Assembly (NCBI GenBank): GCA_024636295.1
Contig: JAGXHI010000045.1
Coordinates: forward strand, 12,637-76,636
Source of the DNA: Desulfuromonadales bacterium
Lineage (GTDB): Bacteria; Desulfobacterota; Desulfuromonadia; Desulfuromonadales; JAGXHI01
Length of the DNA stretch: 64,000 nucleotides
Reading direction: 5' to 3'
This document shows positions 30,028 to 38,850 of the stretch, one piece after another. The first letter of the stretch is position 1; every line of letters begins with the position of its first letter. Made by a program: the position numbers and the translations under genes. The notes beneath the pieces are model-generated. The model saw nothing but the letters and a program-made list of their open reading frames with translations. It was not told the DNA's origin and did no database searches.

Positions 30028-30500
30028 GGGGAAATCTTCTCCTCGGGATCATCTCCGATACTCATGGACTCTTACGCCCCGGGGCGGTGGAAATTCTGCA
30101 GGACTGCGACCATATCGTTCATGCCGGTGATATCGGCAGCCTCGAAATACTCGTGCTCCTCCAGGCGATCGGACCTCTCACCGCCGTTCGGGGAAATGTG
30201 GATGCCGGAGGATGGGCTCAGGCCCTGCCGGAAACCGAGGTTGTGAATATCGGTGCCCGGCTCCTCTACGTCCTGCACGATCTTGCGGCTCTGGATCTCG
30301 TTCCCGAAGCGGCCGGCATTCATGTCGTGATCAGCGGCCATTCTCATCGTCCCGAGATAGTCCGCAGAAACGGTGTCCTTTACCTCAATCCCGGAAGCGC
30401 CGGACCCCGGAGATTCCATCTTCCCATATCGATGGCCGTTCTGGAGATATCGCCGGAGCAGAAAACCATTCACCCCCGACTGATCAATCTGGCGGATTGA
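30024..30500 (+). CDS. YfcE-family metallophosphoesterase
   Basis: ISDTH, HAGD, VRGNVD, GHSH, NPGS motifs; ATGA overlap with the upstream gene. Confidence 0.92.
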   Translation: MRGNLLLGIISDTHGLLRPGAVEILQDCDHIVHAGDIGSLEILVLLQAIGPLTAVRGNVDAGGWAQALPETEVVNIGARLLYVLHDLAALDLVPEAAGIHVVISGHSHRPEIVRRNGVLYLNPGSAGPRRFHLPISMAVLEISPEQKTIHPRLINLAD

Positions 30501-30668
30501 AGGATTCTCGCCTTTTTCCGTTGCCCCGCATCTTTTCAAAACGTTTCTGTATGCCATAATTAAGTAAACGCGGAAGTGTTGCAGTAACCCCCGTGGTGAA
30601 ATTCCTGATTTCCCCCCGGAAGGGGTCACCCATTCACTGGAATTTGAATTTATTCAAAAGGAGAAAAG

Positions 30669-31046
30669 ATGGCTTTTTCGATGATTCACATCTGTTTTCG
30701 GGTCCGTGATCTCGAAGCGTCAGAGACATTCTACCGAGAGGCATTCGGTTTCGAAGTTTCCCGGCGGCGGGATTTCCCCGATGCCAAATTCACCCTTCTT
30801 TATATGAAGGCGCCGGGATCGCCATTTGAACTGGAACTCACCTATAATTACGGCAGATCCGAGCCCTATGTCATCGGCGACGGCTATTCCCATTTCGCCG
30901 TGTCGACCGATAGTATCGAGGATGCCCACCGCCGGCATGAGGACGGTGAATTACATCCGGAGCCGATCAAATCGATTGGTGGGGGAACGAAGCTGTATTT
31001 TCTGACCGATCCCGACGGCTACCGCGTGGAAGTGGTTCAGGCCTGA
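30669..31046 (+). CDS. Lactoylglutathione lyase (glyoxalase I)-like VOC protein
   Basis: H.C.RV.DLE.S..FY, ELELTYN, G.GYSHFA, DPDGY.VE; AAGGAG RBS. Confidence 0.88.
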   Translation: MAFSMIHICFRVRDLEASETFYREAFGFEVSRRRDFPDAKFTLLYMKAPGSPFELELTYNYGRSEPYVIGDGYSHFAVSTDSIEDAHRRHEDGELHPEPIKSIGGGTKLYFLTDPDGYRVEVVQA

Positions 31047-31083
31047 TCAGCGGGCAATCGGTGAAAATAAAAAGGAGAAACGA

Positions 31084-31464
31084 ATGAAACTAAGTGACTA
31101 TTTCGAAAGCACGGGAGGAATCGGCGTTCTGTCCACAGCGGATGGCGAGGGAAAGGTGGATGCGGCCATTTACGCCCGTCCCCATATCCTCGAAGATGGC
31201 ACAGCCGCTTTCATCATGATGGACCGGCTGACCCATCGCAACCTTCAGTCCAACCCCCACGCCGCATATCTTTTTATACAGGAGGGACACGGCTACCTGG
31301 GGAAGCGCCTCTTTCTCACCAAGATCCATGAGGAAAAGGACACCGAGCGTCTGGAGGAGATCCGCCGCAAGTCCAGCCTCTTCGAGGAAGAAATCCGGAA
31401 TGAGAGCAAGTACCTTGTTGTTTTTCGGATCGAGAAGGAACTGCCCTTGGTCGGAGGGGGTTGA
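31084..31464 (+). CDS. Pyridoxamine 5'-phosphate oxidase family FMN-binding protein
   Basis: G.LSTAD..G.VD.A.YARP, M.DRL.H.NL..NP.AA.LF; AAGGAG RBS. Confidence 0.8.
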   Translation: MKLSDYFESTGGIGVLSTADGEGKVDAAIYARPHILEDGTAAFIMMDRLTHRNLQSNPHAAYLFIQEGHGYLGKRLFLTKIHEEKDTERLEEIRRKSSLFEEEIRNESKYLVVFRIEKELPLVGGG

Positions 31465-31574
31465 TTTTCCTTCAGCATCCTGTCAAGCCCCTCTGGTACT
31501 TCCAAATCCAAGGCGCTTACCCGGTGACCCTGAATTCCTCGTCCTCCGGGCGAAGGTAAATCCGGGTCTTCATT

Positions 31575-31925
31575 TCATCCGGAATGTCCAGTCCTCAGCC
31601 TTCCCGCGCGGAGGCCTTGATCGCTGCCAGCCCCTCTGCGCTTTTCTGAAGCGCCCGGTCCCGGGCTTCGTTTCCCGCATCCAGAATCGTTGCGGCTAAT
31701 TTCCCGTACTCCGAAGACCGCGTGGCCCCGGTCCAGGAATAGATCGAAATTCTCCCGATCGAGCCACTCTCGAATCCGATTCCGAACTTCTGCCGTACCG
31801 TAATCTCCCCAGTGCTCCAAAATCACCCAGGAAATGATGGGGGCAGTCTGGATGCCTTCCGGCAAATGGAGATTATGGAACCAGGGACGGAGGTCCTCGA
31901 TCTGCTGCACGATTTCGGCCCGAGT
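31575..31925 (-). pseudogene. Frameshifted, deleted remnant of a TIGR04290-family methyltransferase
   Basis: IEDLRPWFHNLHLPEGIQTAP, then after a 1-nt deletion HFLGDF (family N-terminus PWFHN..L..G..TAPDHFLGD.P); similarity then stops. Confidence 0.65.
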
Positions 31926-31970
31926 CCCGGCACTGTTTTCAATGGAGTCTTTCGGGGATTCAATAAGGAT

Positions 31971-32579
31971 TTATTCGAAAAAAGGGAAGTTTCCGGTGTT
32001 GTTGATGCAGAAAATGCGCGGGCCGTAATCATGCACGGCAACCACGCTGACGGAGGCCAGGCTGATATGCAGCCGAAGGGCAAAATCAAGGGGAATGCCT
32101 GCATAATGTCCGATGACCGTCTTGATCGGATCGCCATGGCTGAAAAGGGCGATGACTTTATCAGGGAATTCCTTGCGAAGCTTCTCGATGGAGGTCACCA
32201 TCCGATTCTGGACTTCCACCATGAGTTCACCACCGGGAATCCGTGTGCCGCTTCGAAAGGTGTTGAAATGCCGCCATTCTGGATCGTTCTCAAGGTCCTC
32301 GAAGCTCCGGCCGGCCCATTCGCCGAAATCTATTTCGGTAATATCCTCCATAATCCCGATCTCCAGGCCGAGATTGCGGGCCAGAGGTTCCGCCGTTTCC
32401 CGGGTCCGTTCCATGGGACTGCTGAAAATAGCCTGAATGGGCACTTCGGAGAGGCGCTCGACAAGTTTTTCCGCCTGGTCTTTGCCTGTGGCGTTCAGAT
32501 GTATGCCACTCTTGCGACCGGCAAGGGTGCGTCCCACCACATCGTTATGTCCATGTCTTATCAGCAGGAAGACGGCCAC
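31971..32579 (-). CDS. Histidine phosphatase (phosphoglycerate mutase-like) family protein
   Basis: LIRHG, SSP..R..ETA, E.DFGEW.G, SHG..I. Confidence 0.92.
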   Translation of the reverse strand: MAVFLLIRHGHNDVVGRTLAGRKSGIHLNATGKDQAEKLVERLSEVPIQAIFSSPMERTRETAEPLARNLGLEIGIMEDITEIDFGEWAGRSFEDLENDPEWRHFNTFRSGTRIPGGELMVEVQNRMVTSIEKLRKEFPDKVIALFSHGDPIKTVIGHYAGIPLDFALRLHISLASVSVVAVHDYGPRIFCINNTGNFPFFE

Positions 32580-33040
32580 TGGTATTTTCCTTTGCCGTTC
32601 ATGCCCACGCCGGAACTGGTTGTTTTTTTGGTTTTATTTCTCTCAGGGAGAAGATAGCGATGGGTCACTTCGGCCGCGAGGGCTGCAAATTCTTCCGGAA
32701 ACATCGGAGGACTTGTGTAACAGGGACGTTTTCCCCGGGTCGGTGTCGTAAAGCAGAGAGTCAGGGTGATATCGAAATCCTTCAGCCAGTCCAGGGGAAA
32801 TCCGTATACCGCCACTGCATCCAGCAGATTGAGAAGGCCATAGCTTTTGAGCCGCCGGATGAAATTCGGATCGATGGGAGAAACCCCTCCGAGCACCAGC
32901 TGCATTTCAGGGCAGAGCTCCCTCACCGTCTCTGCCCCAAGACGGGTCATCAAGGTGAATTCCTTCCATTCTGGATCCATCTGGAAATCCCAATGGGACA
33001 AATTATTCGGATCATTCCAGAATTTTACAGCCTCGATCAT
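32561..33040 (-). pseudogene. Internally deleted beta-xylosidase-like (GH39-like) glycoside hydrolase
   Basis: MIEA..FWNDPNN.SHWDF...GGVSPIDP.F...AV.GFPLDW joined directly to the family C-terminus L.DFD.T.T.CFT...TSPP..PEEFA; the NEP motif reads NDP. Confidence 0.65.
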
Positions 33041-33130
33041 TCAAATACCCATCTTGGAAAAAGACCAGTTTTTTACTGACCCAAATCTAACATGAACGGC
33101 GGATGTGTCAAGGAGGAGGGACAGTCGGAA

Positions 33131-33460
33131 TCAGGGGCGCCCGAGGACGATAGGATCATCGGTGCTGATGGTCGGACTCGTCTCGCGTCTTACGAACTCC
33201 ACAGGCGGATAGTTCACCACGATTTCGGCTTCGGACTCGCGGAGAATACGGACCACATCTTCGTGCCCCGGCTGGGGCAGGGAAGAGATTTCCTCGGGAT
33301 AACGTCGCATATGGCTGGACGAGTTCTTTGATCCAGGGCAATACATCACTACCGTGACAAATCGCCGGAAGACGCCGTCGGTCTGCTGCATTGGCGAATC
33401 GGTGGATATGAGCCGAGAGATCTCGAAGTGGTTGCCGCCCCGCTTGCAATGGAAGCGTTC
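33131..33460 (-). pseudogene. Degraded inositol-3-phosphate synthase fragment
   Basis: HM..YP....DVVRILRESEAEIVVNY.PV resembles INO1 DVV..L.E.GA..L.NYLPV; no start, frameshifted, ends abruptly. Confidence 0.5.
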
Positions 33461-33527
33461 TCCGATACGCTTGGAAGGAAAACGATGATCCGCAAAACTA
33501 CCTTGGGCCGCCACATCCGGAGGCGAA

Positions 33528-33899
33528 ATGAAACAGACGTCCTGGATTTACAGTTGGTTTAAGATCTTTCTTTTCGGAGCGGTACTGATCGGGGCAGGAT
33601 GCGCAAGCACGGAACCCAGACCGGAGCCGGTTACCGTACAAAAGATCCTTGACATGACACGAGCCGGACTCTCTTCCGAGGAAATTATTGCTGAAATCCG
33701 GAGCTCGGGAACGGTCTACAGGCTGGATGAGGCAAGGCTGACGGACTTGAAGGGTCGCGGTGTTCCTGATGACGTTCTCAATTACATGCAGAAAACCTAT
33801 CAAGAAGAAAAGAGCCGTCTGAACGGACGTTCCATGACCCCGGCCGGGCCGGGCCTATTGTATGGGGGAAAACCCTCCGACTGGCCCTACGCCAGATAA
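33528..33899 (+). CDS. Hypothetical lipoprotein
   Basis: Lipobox AGC; I..M..AG.S...II..I..S...Y.L......LK..GV...V..YM pattern; GGAGG RBS. Confidence 0.75.
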   Translation: MKQTSWIYSWFKIFLFGAVLIGAGCASTEPRPEPVTVQKILDMTRAGLSSEEIIAEIRSSGTVYRLDEARLTDLKGRGVPDDVLNYMQKTYQEEKSRLNGRSMTPAGPGLLYGGKPSDWPYAR

Positions 33900-33969
33900 T
33901 TCCGCCGGGAGTCTGCACGCTTCAGGGGCGGTATTGAGCTCCCGCAATTCCAAAGAGGTTCGAGCGACA

Positions 33970-34296
33970 ATGTCATGGTCCTTTCTTTTTCTCGCAGGCT
34001 GTTTTGAGGTCGTCTGGGCGATCGGACTTAAATTTTCGGATGGATTCAGCAGGCTGGCGCCTAGCCTGGTGACCATTGTCGCCATGGGGATCAGCTTTCT
34101 TTTGCTGGCCCAGGCGCTGAAGACAATTCCCGTAGGAACCGGGTATGCCGTCTGGACCGGCATCGGAGCGGTCGGGACGGCGCTGCTGGGAATCATGGTT
34201 CTCGGTGAACCCGCAAGCCCGTGGAGAATCTCCTGCATTCTCTTGATCGTTGCCGGGATTGTGGGGCTGGGAGTATCTTCAGGATTTGAGAGCTGA
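33970..34296 (+). CDS. sugE: SMR family exporter, SugE/Gdx subtype
   Basis: [14 protein letters not shown]...[13 protein letters not shown]; four TM helices. Confidence 0.88.
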   Translation: MSWSFLFLAGCFEVVWAIGLKFSDGFSRLAPSLVTIVAMGISFLLLAQALKTIPVGTGYAVWTGIGAVGTALLGIMVLGEPASPWRISCILLIVAGIVGLGVSSGFES

Positions 34297-34358
34297 AGCT
34301 TCCAGGGAATCAGGTGGTACAGGATTATAAAAACAGACTTGAGAAAATGGAGGACGAA

Positions 34359-34613
34359 ATGGCAAAGAAACACGGACCCACCATCAAAGATGACGAGCAG
34401 TATGAAGAACTTCGGAAGCAGGGAATGAGCAAGGAAAAGGCGGCTCGTATTGCCAATACCCCAAGGAAGGAAGCCGCAAAAAAAGGTGGTGAATCGGCAA
34501 AATATGAGGAGTGGAACAAGGATGAATTATATCAGAAGGCGAAGGAGGTCGGGATCGAAGGACGCTCCAATATGAAAAAGGAGGAATTGATCGATGCCCT
34601 CCGGCACCATTGA
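34359..34613 (+). CDS. Small hydrophilic stress-type protein with a C-terminal Rho-N-like helical domain
   Basis: GP.IKD...YE.LR..G.SKEKAARIAN and YE.W.K.EL...AKE.GI.GRS.M.K.ELI.ALR; GGAGG RBS. Confidence 0.8.
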   Translation: MAKKHGPTIKDDEQYEELRKQGMSKEKAARIANTPRKEAAKKGGESAKYEEWNKDELYQKAKEVGIEGRSNMKKEELIDALRHH

Positions 34614-34634
34614 AAACTGCTGGAGTGATTGTTC

Positions 34635-35201
34635 TCAACCCTGGAAATGATCCGCAAGTATCCGGATTCCGATGAGGATCAGAAGTACGCCCCCGAAGAT
34701 TTCCACCTTCTTGCCCCAGAGGGCGCCGATTTTGCTGCCCAGCAGCATTCCTGCCACCGTAAGGGCGGCGCATACGATTCCGATCAGAAGGGCGGGAGCC
34801 CAGATTGCAACTCCGAGGGCGGCCAGGGAAAGTCCGACCGCAAGCGCGTCGATGCTGGTGGCCACCGACAGGACCAGCAATGTCCAACCCCGGGTCGGGT
34901 CCGAAGGTCGTTTAGCCCCCGGAGCGTTATTTGAACCCGCCTCGCGGATCATTCGCACTCCGACCAGCACCAGAAGGACGAAAGCCACCCAGTGGTCAAA
35001 GGCGGAAATCCATCGATGGATGCTCATCCCCGCCAGCCATCCAAGCACCGGCATCAGTGCCTGAAAAAGACCGAAATGGAAACCGAGGCGAAAAAGGTGC
35101 CTGGGCGTCACCGAAGTGAGTGTTATTCCCGCTCCCAATGCCACCGCAAAGGCATCCATTGCCAGAGCGACCGCAATTCCCAACAGTGTCGGCCATCCCA
35201 T
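34635..35201 (-). CDS. mntP: Manganese efflux pump MntP
   Basis: ALAMDAFAV, FG.FQ..MP, DHW.AF, ATSIDALAVG. Confidence 0.93.
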   Translation of the reverse strand: MGWPTLLGIAVALAMDAFAVALGAGITLTSVTPRHLFRLGFHFGLFQALMPVLGWLAGMSIHRWISAFDHWVAFVLLVLVGVRMIREAGSNNAPGAKRPSDPTRGWTLLVLSVATSIDALAVGLSLAALGVAIWAPALLIGIVCAALTVAGMLLGSKIGALWGKKVEIFGGVLLILIGIRILADHFQG

Positions 35202-35457
35202 CCGAAATTCCTTCCTCTTAACCCGGAGCATTTTCCCGTTGCCCACTGAAAATGTCAACATTCAATCCGGTGGACCCCCGGTGAGAGTCGAAGAGGCTTG
35301 CCAAAAGTCCCACGTAAAGTATAGGATGGGAGTTCGGTTGAGGAGCGGTTCTTCTCTCAGCAGCTTCATTCGCGGTGGTGTGAAAATTTTCCGCGGATGT
35401 TTATAGCGAAAATGCATAAAGGGTATCCTGGAAGGGAAAAATAGAAGGGAAAAATCC

Positions 35458-36246
35458 ATGAGAATGATTCTTATAACCCTGATCTTCGTCCTCCTCGCTT
35501 TTACCGGGGTTCATGCCTTTACTCCCGAAGGGTGCGGCACCGGTAAGTGCACCGATTGTCACAGCCTTTCAGTAGAAGAAGCAGGTGGTCTTCTGGAGAA
35601 GGGCGTGGACAAGGTCCTCAGTGTCGGATCTTCCGAGGTGCCTGGTCTGTGGCTGGTCGAAGTGGAAAAGGCAGGACAAAAGTTTCCCATCTATCTCGAC
35701 TATTCCAAGTCGTACGTTATTGCCGGCAATGTGATCCGGCTTCAGGACAACGAAAATATCACCGCCCGGGAAAAGGCGCGCCTGAACAGAGTGGACGTTT
35801 CAAAAATTCCCTTGGAGGATGCCCTGCTGGTGGGGAGTCCTCAAGCCTCCACCAAAGCGATCGTATTTACAGATCCCGAATGTCCTTTCTGCAAACGGCT
35901 TCACCATGAGCTGAAGGAAGTCGTGAGGCGGGATTCCGGGATCGCATTTCTGATCAAGCTCTTTCCCTTGGAAAGGCATCCCAACGCCTACCCGATTTCA
36001 AAAAGTATCGTGTGCAATGATTCCCTCCAGATGCTGGAGGACAGCTTCGAAGGGAAGCCCGTCCCTCCGCCGCTTTGCAAAACCGATGCGATCGATGAAA
36101 ATATCGCCCTGGCGGCCGAATTGGGGATTCAATCCACCCCGACGCTGATCCTGCCCGATGGGACGGTTCTTCCCGGATATAAAAAGGCGGATGACCTGCT
36201 GACCGTTCTCGGTTCCCGAAACTCGCCGGCCACTGCGGGCAAATAA
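35458..36246 (+). CDS. DsbC/DsbG family thiol:disulfide isomerase with an extra N-terminal Cys/CxxCH motif
   Basis: Signal peptide; FTDPECPFC active site; GI.STPT cis-Pro loop; N-terminal CGTGKCTDCH. Confidence 0.9.
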   Translation: MRMILITLIFVLLAFTGVHAFTPEGCGTGKCTDCHSLSVEEAGGLLEKGVDKVLSVGSSEVPGLWLVEVEKAGQKFPIYLDYSKSYVIAGNVIRLQDNENITAREKARLNRVDVSKIPLEDALLVGSPQASTKAIVFTDPECPFCKRLHHELKEVVRRDSGIAFLIKLFPLERHPNAYPISKSIVCNDSLQMLEDSFEGKPVPPPLCKTDAIDENIALAAELGIQSTPTLILPDGTVLPGYKKADDLLTVLGSRNSPATAGK

Positions 36247-36312
36247 CTTGCTTTCATGGCGGAGATCTGCTAAATCTTCGCTGATTTAAGTATATAAGGG
36301 AGGAAAATCCTG

Positions 36313-37080
36313 ATGAAGTTGATGGAAGGGAAACGCGGTCTTATTTTCGGTCTGGCCAACGAGATGAGTATCGCGTGGGGGATTGCAAAAGAATTGAAAG
36401 CACAGGGCGCGGAACTTGGGTTTACCTATCTGAACGAAGCCCTTGAAAGACGGGTGCGCCCCCTGGCTGAAAGTCTGGGTGCGGATCTGATCGTCCCCTG
36501 CGATGTGGCCAGCGACGAAGATATCGAAAGAACCTTTGATGCCGCGAGGGAGCGCTGGGGAGAGCTGGATTTTGTGGTTCATTCCGTTGCCTTCGCAAAT
36601 CGGGAAGATCTGAAGATTCCGTTCAGTCAGACCAGCCGCGACGGATTCAAACTTGCCCTGGACATCAGCGCCTATTCGCTCGTGGCAGTCGCCCGCAGGG
36701 CGATCCCCCTGATGAAAGAGGGCGGCAGCATCGTTTCCATGACCTACCTGGGATCGCAGCGGGTGATTCCAAACTACAATGTCATGGGGGTGGCAAAAGC
36801 CGCTCTGGAGGCTTCTGTACGATATCTGGCCGCTGAACTGGGGGAGCAGAATATCCGGGTCAACGCCGTTTCCGCCGGACCCATCAAAACCCTGGCCGCT
36901 TCCGGCATTGCCAATTTCAGAGAGAAACTGAAGCTGATGGACGAGCGCAGCCCCATGCGACGCTGTATTTCACAAGAAGAGGTCGGAAAATCCGTCCTGT
37001 ACCTGCTGTCCGATCTTGCCAGCGGTGTGACAGGGGAGATTCATTACGTGGATGGCGGGTATAATATACAAGGGGCCTGA
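36313..37080 (+). CDS. fabI: Enoyl-ACP reductase
   Basis: G.AN..SIAWGIA, ISAYSL, YNVMGVAKAALE, SAGPIKTLAA. Confidence 0.97.
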   Translation: MKLMEGKRGLIFGLANEMSIAWGIAKELKAQGAELGFTYLNEALERRVRPLAESLGADLIVPCDVASDEDIERTFDAARERWGELDFVVHSVAFANREDLKIPFSQTSRDGFKLALDISAYSLVAVARRAIPLMKEGGSIVSMTYLGSQRVIPNYNVMGVAKAALEASVRYLAAELGEQNIRVNAVSAGPIKTLAASGIANFREKLKLMDERSPMRRCISQEEVGKSVLYLLSDLASGVTGEIHYVDGGYNIQGA

Positions 37081-37104
37081 TTTCTCTTCATCCATAATGC
37101 ACCG

Positions 37105-37133
37105 AAGAGGGCCTCGCAGGCCCTCTTTTTTTT
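37105..37133 (+). terminator. Intrinsic terminator between fabI and hflX
   Basis: AAGAGGGCCT-cgc-AGGCCCTCTT followed by a T run. Confidence 0.75.
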
Positions 37134-37149
37134 CCCAAAGGGGAAGGAT

Positions 37150-38793
37150 TTGATTCACGGAAATACCACGGGATTAAAGCCCAGTCAGCTTCAGGCGCTG
37201 GAGCGCATCTACCGCCGCCGAATTCCCTCCGATCAGGTTATCACTCCCGAACTGGCGCGATTCATTGCTGAGCGTTCACACGATCTGCGGCGTCAGGTGG
37301 GCATTATCGCCGATCGCCAGGGGACGGTTCGGTATGTGATCGTGGGGGATGACCGGGAAATAGTGATTCCCGATCTTTCGAATTACGGTCTGGGGCGCAG
37401 CGGCTTGCGGGGGCTGAGATGTATCCATACGCATTTAAAAGGGGAGACCCTTTCCCGGGACGATCTCAACGATCTGGCCCTGCTTCGGCTCGATATGATG
37501 GTGGCCCTCACCCTGGATAAGGATGGGCAGCCCGAGAAAATCCATTATGCGCACATTCTCCCTCACAACCCCGAGGGAAGGAGCGTCGAGGTTCTTGAGA
37601 ATCCGTCCATCCACGGATTCGATCTGAACCTTGCATTCTTTCTCCGGTCTCTCGAAGCGGAGCTGGAGCAGAAAGCCGCGGAGACCGTCGATCTTTCCGA
37701 CGGACGAGAGAGGGCGATTCTTATCTCCGCGAGCACCGAGCCCTGGCAGGAGACCGCGGATTCCCTGGATGAGCTGTCCGAGCTTGCCCGAACAGCCGAT
37801 GTGCTGGTGCTGGACAGGGTGGTGCAGCGCCCACGCCGACTGAATCCCAAATACCTCATGGGAGAGGGCAAAATCAAGGAAGTGATTATCCGTGCCCTGC
37901 AGGAGAGGGCTACCCTGCTGATCTTTGATCAGGAGCTTTCCCCGGCTCAGGTGCGGGCCATCTCCGAGATCACAGAGATGAAGGTCATCGACCGCACCCA
38001 GCTGATTCTGGATATTTTCGCCCGGCGGGCCCACACCCGGGACGGAAAGGTTCAGGTGGAGCTTGCTCAGCTGAAATATATTCTGCCCAGGCTGACCGGT
38101 CGGGGGATCGCCTTTTCTCGACTGATGGGAGGTATCGGCGGACGCGGGCCGGGAGAAACCAAGCTCGAAATCGATCGACGGCGCATCCGCGACCGGATTA
38201 CCCGACTGGAGAACGAACTCAAGTCCCTCTCGCGTGGCCGCCTGCAGCGGCGTCAGCGCCGAATCCGTGCGGGAGTGCCCATTGCATCCATCGTCGGATA
38301 TACCAATGCCGGAAAATCGACCTTGCTCAACGCCCTGACCCAGAGCAAGGTCCTGACGGAAGACCTGCTTTTCGCCACCCTGGATACGGCCACTCGCCGC
38401 CTGAGGTTTCCCCAGGAGCGGGAGGTCATCATTACCGATACAGTTGGTTTCATTCGGAAACTCCCGAAAAGCCTCCTCGGAGCATTCAAGGCGACTCTGG
38501 AGGAGCTGGAAGACGCCGATCTGCTTTTGCACGTCGTTGATCTCTCCAATCCGCGATTCGAAGAACAAATCCGGGCGGTCGAGCGCGTCCTGGACGATCT
38601 AGATCTGAACCGAATTCCCCGACTGCTTATTTTCAACAAGATCGACATGGTGCCGGAGGCGGAAGTCTCCGCATTCCGCCGTCGATTCGAAGCCGTTCCC
38701 GTCAGCGCCAGAAACCGTCGAACCTTTGCTCAGCTGCTCTCCGAGCTTGAACGACGCCTCTGGCCCCATCAAGCAGAAACCCTTGACATGTAA
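37150..38793 (+). CDS. hflX: Ribosome-splitting GTPase HflX (long form with N-terminal extension)
   Basis: IDRT.LILDIFA.RA, GPGETKLE.DRR, GYTNAGKSTL, DTVGFI, NKID. Confidence 0.96.
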   Translation: MIHGNTTGLKPSQLQALERIYRRRIPSDQVITPELARFIAERSHDLRRQVGIIADRQGTVRYVIVGDDREIVIPDLSNYGLGRSGLRGLRCIHTHLKGETLSRDDLNDLALLRLDMMVALTLDKDGQPEKIHYAHILPHNPEGRSVEVLENPSIHGFDLNLAFFLRSLEAELEQKAAETVDLSDGRERAILISASTEPWQETADSLDELSELARTADVLVLDRVVQRPRRLNPKYLMGEGKIKEVIIRALQERATLLIFDQELSPAQVRAISEITEMKVIDRTQLILDIFARRAHTRDGKVQVELAQLKYILPRLTGRGIAFSRLMGGIGGRGPGETKLEIDRRRIRDRITRLENELKSLSRGRLQRRQRRIRAGVPIASIVGYTNAGKSTLLNALTQSKVLTEDLLFATLDTATRRLRFPQEREVIITDTVGFIRKLPKSLLGAFKATLEELEDADLLLHVVDLSNPRFEEQIRAVERVLDDLDLNRIPRLLIFNKIDMVPEAEVSAFRRRFEAVPVSARNRRTFAQLLSELERRLWPHQAETLDM

Positions 38794-38850
38794 GCTTTTT
38801 TTGTTTAGCCTTGGGAGTCATTGAATGCATTTTTTTCAGGAGGATTTTTG

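Noticed and set aside
30570-30650. Cobalamin riboswitch suggested by GGTGAAATTCC
   Set aside because: No upstream AGGGAA, GCnACTG or GGGAAG elements, and the downstream gene is unrelated
33899-33969. Guanidine riboswitch expected upstream of sugE/gdx
   Set aside because: Only a GGGAG..CTCCC stem; no twin ACGR hairpins or class I/III cores recognised. An Rfam scan would settle it
35202-35400. yybP-ykoY manganese riboswitch upstream of mntP
   Set aside because: The GGGGAGUA and GAGACC core segments were not found on the minus strand
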